Shown here: piece after piece, positions 61,232 to 64,000 of the stretch | Numbering within the stretch: the first letter of the stretch is position 1 | Layout: the number at the start of each line of letters is the position of its first letter | Origin: Gonapodya sp. JEL0774 | Lineage: Eukaryota | Length of the DNA: 64,000 bases | Assembly: GCA_027604505.1 (NCBI GenBank) | Contig: JADIIX010000044.1 | Coordinates: forward strand, 1 to 64,000 | Direction: 5' to 3' | The notes under the pieces: generated by a model | The model's database searches: none | What the model was told of the DNA's origin: nothing | Seen by the model: the letters and a program-made list of their open reading frames with translations, nothing else | Made by a program: the position numbers and the translations under genes

Positions 61232-64000
61232 ATGGAATCAGATGGCTTATACTGTGCGCGTTGTGGAGATGAGATTCGCAAACTGACAGAACGCATATCC
61301 GCATTAGAATCCGCAATGTCCGAACGGAGTTCATTTCCGAACGTGTCGATGAGGTTGCGAGACCCACACCAGGCACCAATGGTAGATAAATCTCCCAATG
61401 GCATGCGTTTTTCTTTCTGATCCCTTGTGTTGTTGTTCAAGGATCGCGACAACGATGGAAGTGAACCCCAGCAAAGGAAGTATATCCTATTTCGACTCGA
61501 AGAACATCACGATCTTGTTCCTGGATGTCAGACTACTCTCAAGGCAAGATTCTTACTGCACTCGAATCCTCTTAAAGCAACAGGGTACTGCATTTGGGGG
61601 TTGTCGTATCAGCGCATTCCTTTGTAGCTCTGACAACACTGTCAAATTGACGCAGGGGAAGTCTGGAGAACCAACTTCTTTTAGACGAGTTTCCTGAAAG
61701 AGCGCTGGACCATGAAAATCTCGTCATCGCGCTGGTAAACGCAAAGAGAACACGAAAACCCCAGCGATGGTTGGCGAAATCGTGCGAGCCTAGAACCACT
61801 CCAGTTGTTGCTCTTCGTGAACTCGTTCATTTGTTGAGTGGAAGTGAAGAAGCAGGATCTGCCACACAACGGTTGATGGGTTTGGTTGGTGTTGAGCAAA
61901 AGCCTGCCCTTCTTCCTCCATGATGCAGAGTTCCCATGCAATGGTGGTTCATTTCCTCCTCACTCCATGATCTCGCTGCAGGTTGACTATGTTGGAGAAG
62001 ATGACCGGGGCTCATTGTTTCTTTGCACTTGTAAGTGTTGTGGTTAGTGTGAAAGTCATTGACGTGGTGTCCCAATGGTTGTTCCGCCCAGTCCGTAAGC
62101 GGGTTTTTGTGATGTAGTGTCTTCTCACCACCCATTAAAAATGGTCTCAGATAACGAAGATGACCTGCTGCAGAAGCAGGAGCAATGGATCTTCCAACAG
62201 GTGCGCTGACTCCTCCAGGCTCCACCGTCTTTTGAAATTCAAACCACATCTGTATAACCAGATTCTTGACCTTATTCCTGTGTGGTGGGTTGGGTTGATG
62301 ATTGCTGAAGATCAAACATGCAAACAAAAAAGTACGTACTGCATACAGGATCTTTTGGAGTGACATGGAGGGAAACATAGTCTACACCTACGACAACATT
62401 TACTTCCGGACACTGAGTGAGTCGCTGGTCTACTATCCTTCTCTCGAACGTTTAGGAGAACTCTTTCAAATGAATCAAGGCGGGGTCTGTCCTAAGGATG
62501 TCCATGGGTGCGCTTCGGTTTCCTTCTCTTGTCAGTTCCACTTAGACAAACAATTTCCCTCGTTGCGTTCCCTCGTTGAAAACGGAATTGAAGTCGCGGT
62601 TGGGCGCGTTACTCGTCTGGGGATCCCGCTGCCATTGTACACGAAGCCATCAACATTGGTGTGGTGGACAGTCTATGGACTCAAACAAACGGAAAGGTTA
62701 GTCGTCGCTCTTACAAAAAGCGGAAGGAATCCATTCTGAATCTCAAACGTTGCTTATTGTTTAGGTGTCATATATTCGATCTAAAAGTGTGACTGTAGTG
62801 AACAATATCACGGAGAAACCTTTCCGATATGGTTATACAGTGCGTTTATATATTTTGGGAGCTACCAATACTGTCTTTAATCTTTTGAACTGCACAGGTT
62901 GATCGGGGAATTGAACAAGAACTTCTAGTAAAAAATGTGGAGCTCAAAGAAGCCCTGGAACGCGCGGAAGCGGCCTCGCATACTAAGGATTTACTGCTCG
63001 CGAATGTCAGCCACGAGCTCCGAACGCCACTGTGTTTATTTTTTTTTTTTGCAGAGTTGACTTTTTACTTTCGTCTAAGTTTCTTCTTGTATTTACTACC
63101 CGCTTCCAGGAACGGCCTTCTCGGAATGGCGGCATTGCTTAGAAACTCTGCCAATCTGACTAATGAACAGATGGAGTTTGTCGATGCTATTTGGGAAAGT
63201 GGATCTGGATTGCAGAAAGTTATTGAGGGTCAGTCACCGACATCAAACTCTCTCAGTATTTCAGCGCTTCATACAACATTTTGGACGAAACAGATCTTCT
63301 GCAGTACTCCAGATTGGAACTTGGCAAGATTACGCTAGAATCAACCCCTTATAGTATCCAATCTGTGTGCGATTCCGTTGTATCCACTCTAAGGGGTGCT
63401 GTCGTGGAAAAGCCTGCAGTCGCTTTTACTCTGGAGATTGATTCAAGAGTACCGAGTATTGTATTGGGGGACTCCGGTCGCCTTCGACAAGTCCTTCTGA
63501 ATTTGGTGAGTTTCTTTTCGTTGTCGAAGTCACGCTAGATTCGATCCAAAAGAAATTTGCCTGAAGGTGGGCAATGCGTTGAAATTTACAGATGAGGGGA
63601 GCGTCAGACTGTTTGTCAGACGATCTGATCCTGGAGATAGCGATGCAGTTCAAATAGATGGCGCCATTCTCTTCGAGATCTCGGATACGGGTATTGGGAT
63701 TCCATCTCCAATGCTGAATCGTCTTTTTAAGCCGTTCTCGCAGGTGTGTGTCGGACCAACACAGCCCTTTTCAATTGTTCTTCGGAGACCATCTAAATCT
63801 TCACATCATCAGGTAGATCCTTCAACAAAGTACGTGTTGGCTTGGAGTTACGGTTGAGTATATACAGTAACTTTCTGTACAAAAGTCGAAAATACGGTGG
63901 AACAGGCCTTGGTTTGTCGATTGCAAAAGAGCTTGTCGAGGTTCGTCGATCGCGAGTCCTGTTTCGAGGTTCAAATAATTGTTAACCTCAGGCTTAGATG
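61232..64000 (+). CDS. Hybrid-type sensor histidine kinase (partial, runs off the window)
   Basis: H-box ANVSHELRTPL, N-box GDSGRLRQVLLNL|VGNALKFT, G1 ISDTGIGI, F-box LFKPFSQ, G2 YGGTGLGLSI. The start and N-terminal exons are uncertain. Confidence 0.88.

Noticed and set aside
61827..62378. 183-aa minus-strand ORF inside the kinase region
   Set aside because: No recognisable motif; probably antisense to kinase exons.

Overview
Gene-dense, very intron-rich eukaryotic DNA. It looks like an early-diverging zoosporic (chytrid-like) fungus, inferred from Zn2Cys6 factors, a hybrid histidine kinase, multi-cNMP signalling and many short GT-AG introns. The first ~3.7 kb is a CpG-depleted cluster of decayed Ty1/copia elements with ~100-bp LTRs. 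Genes in order: a hypothetical gene, HRD1, a 4x cNMP/F-box/LRR protein, adenylosuccinate synthetase, a Zn2Cys6 TF, eIF5, a DUF1223-like protein, a microexon-rich nitronate monooxygenase, a choline-transporter-like protein, an 8-exon prokaryote-type dCTP deaminase, GET1, pinin, a SET methyltransferase, TRM2, a beta-lactamase-family hydrolase, a second Zn2Cys6 TF, four DUF4436-like membrane genes, a ZC3H4/6/8-like CCCH protein and a hybrid histidine kinase running off the end. The main candidate for a new system is 49967-57899. It holds two tandem copies of a head-to-head gene pair encoding two subtypes of a membrane protein with motifs resembling pentameric ligand-gated ion channels, and both pairs share a conserved bidirectional spacer with a palindrome. 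Gene spans include introns. Exon structures were read by eye, and no database searches were run.
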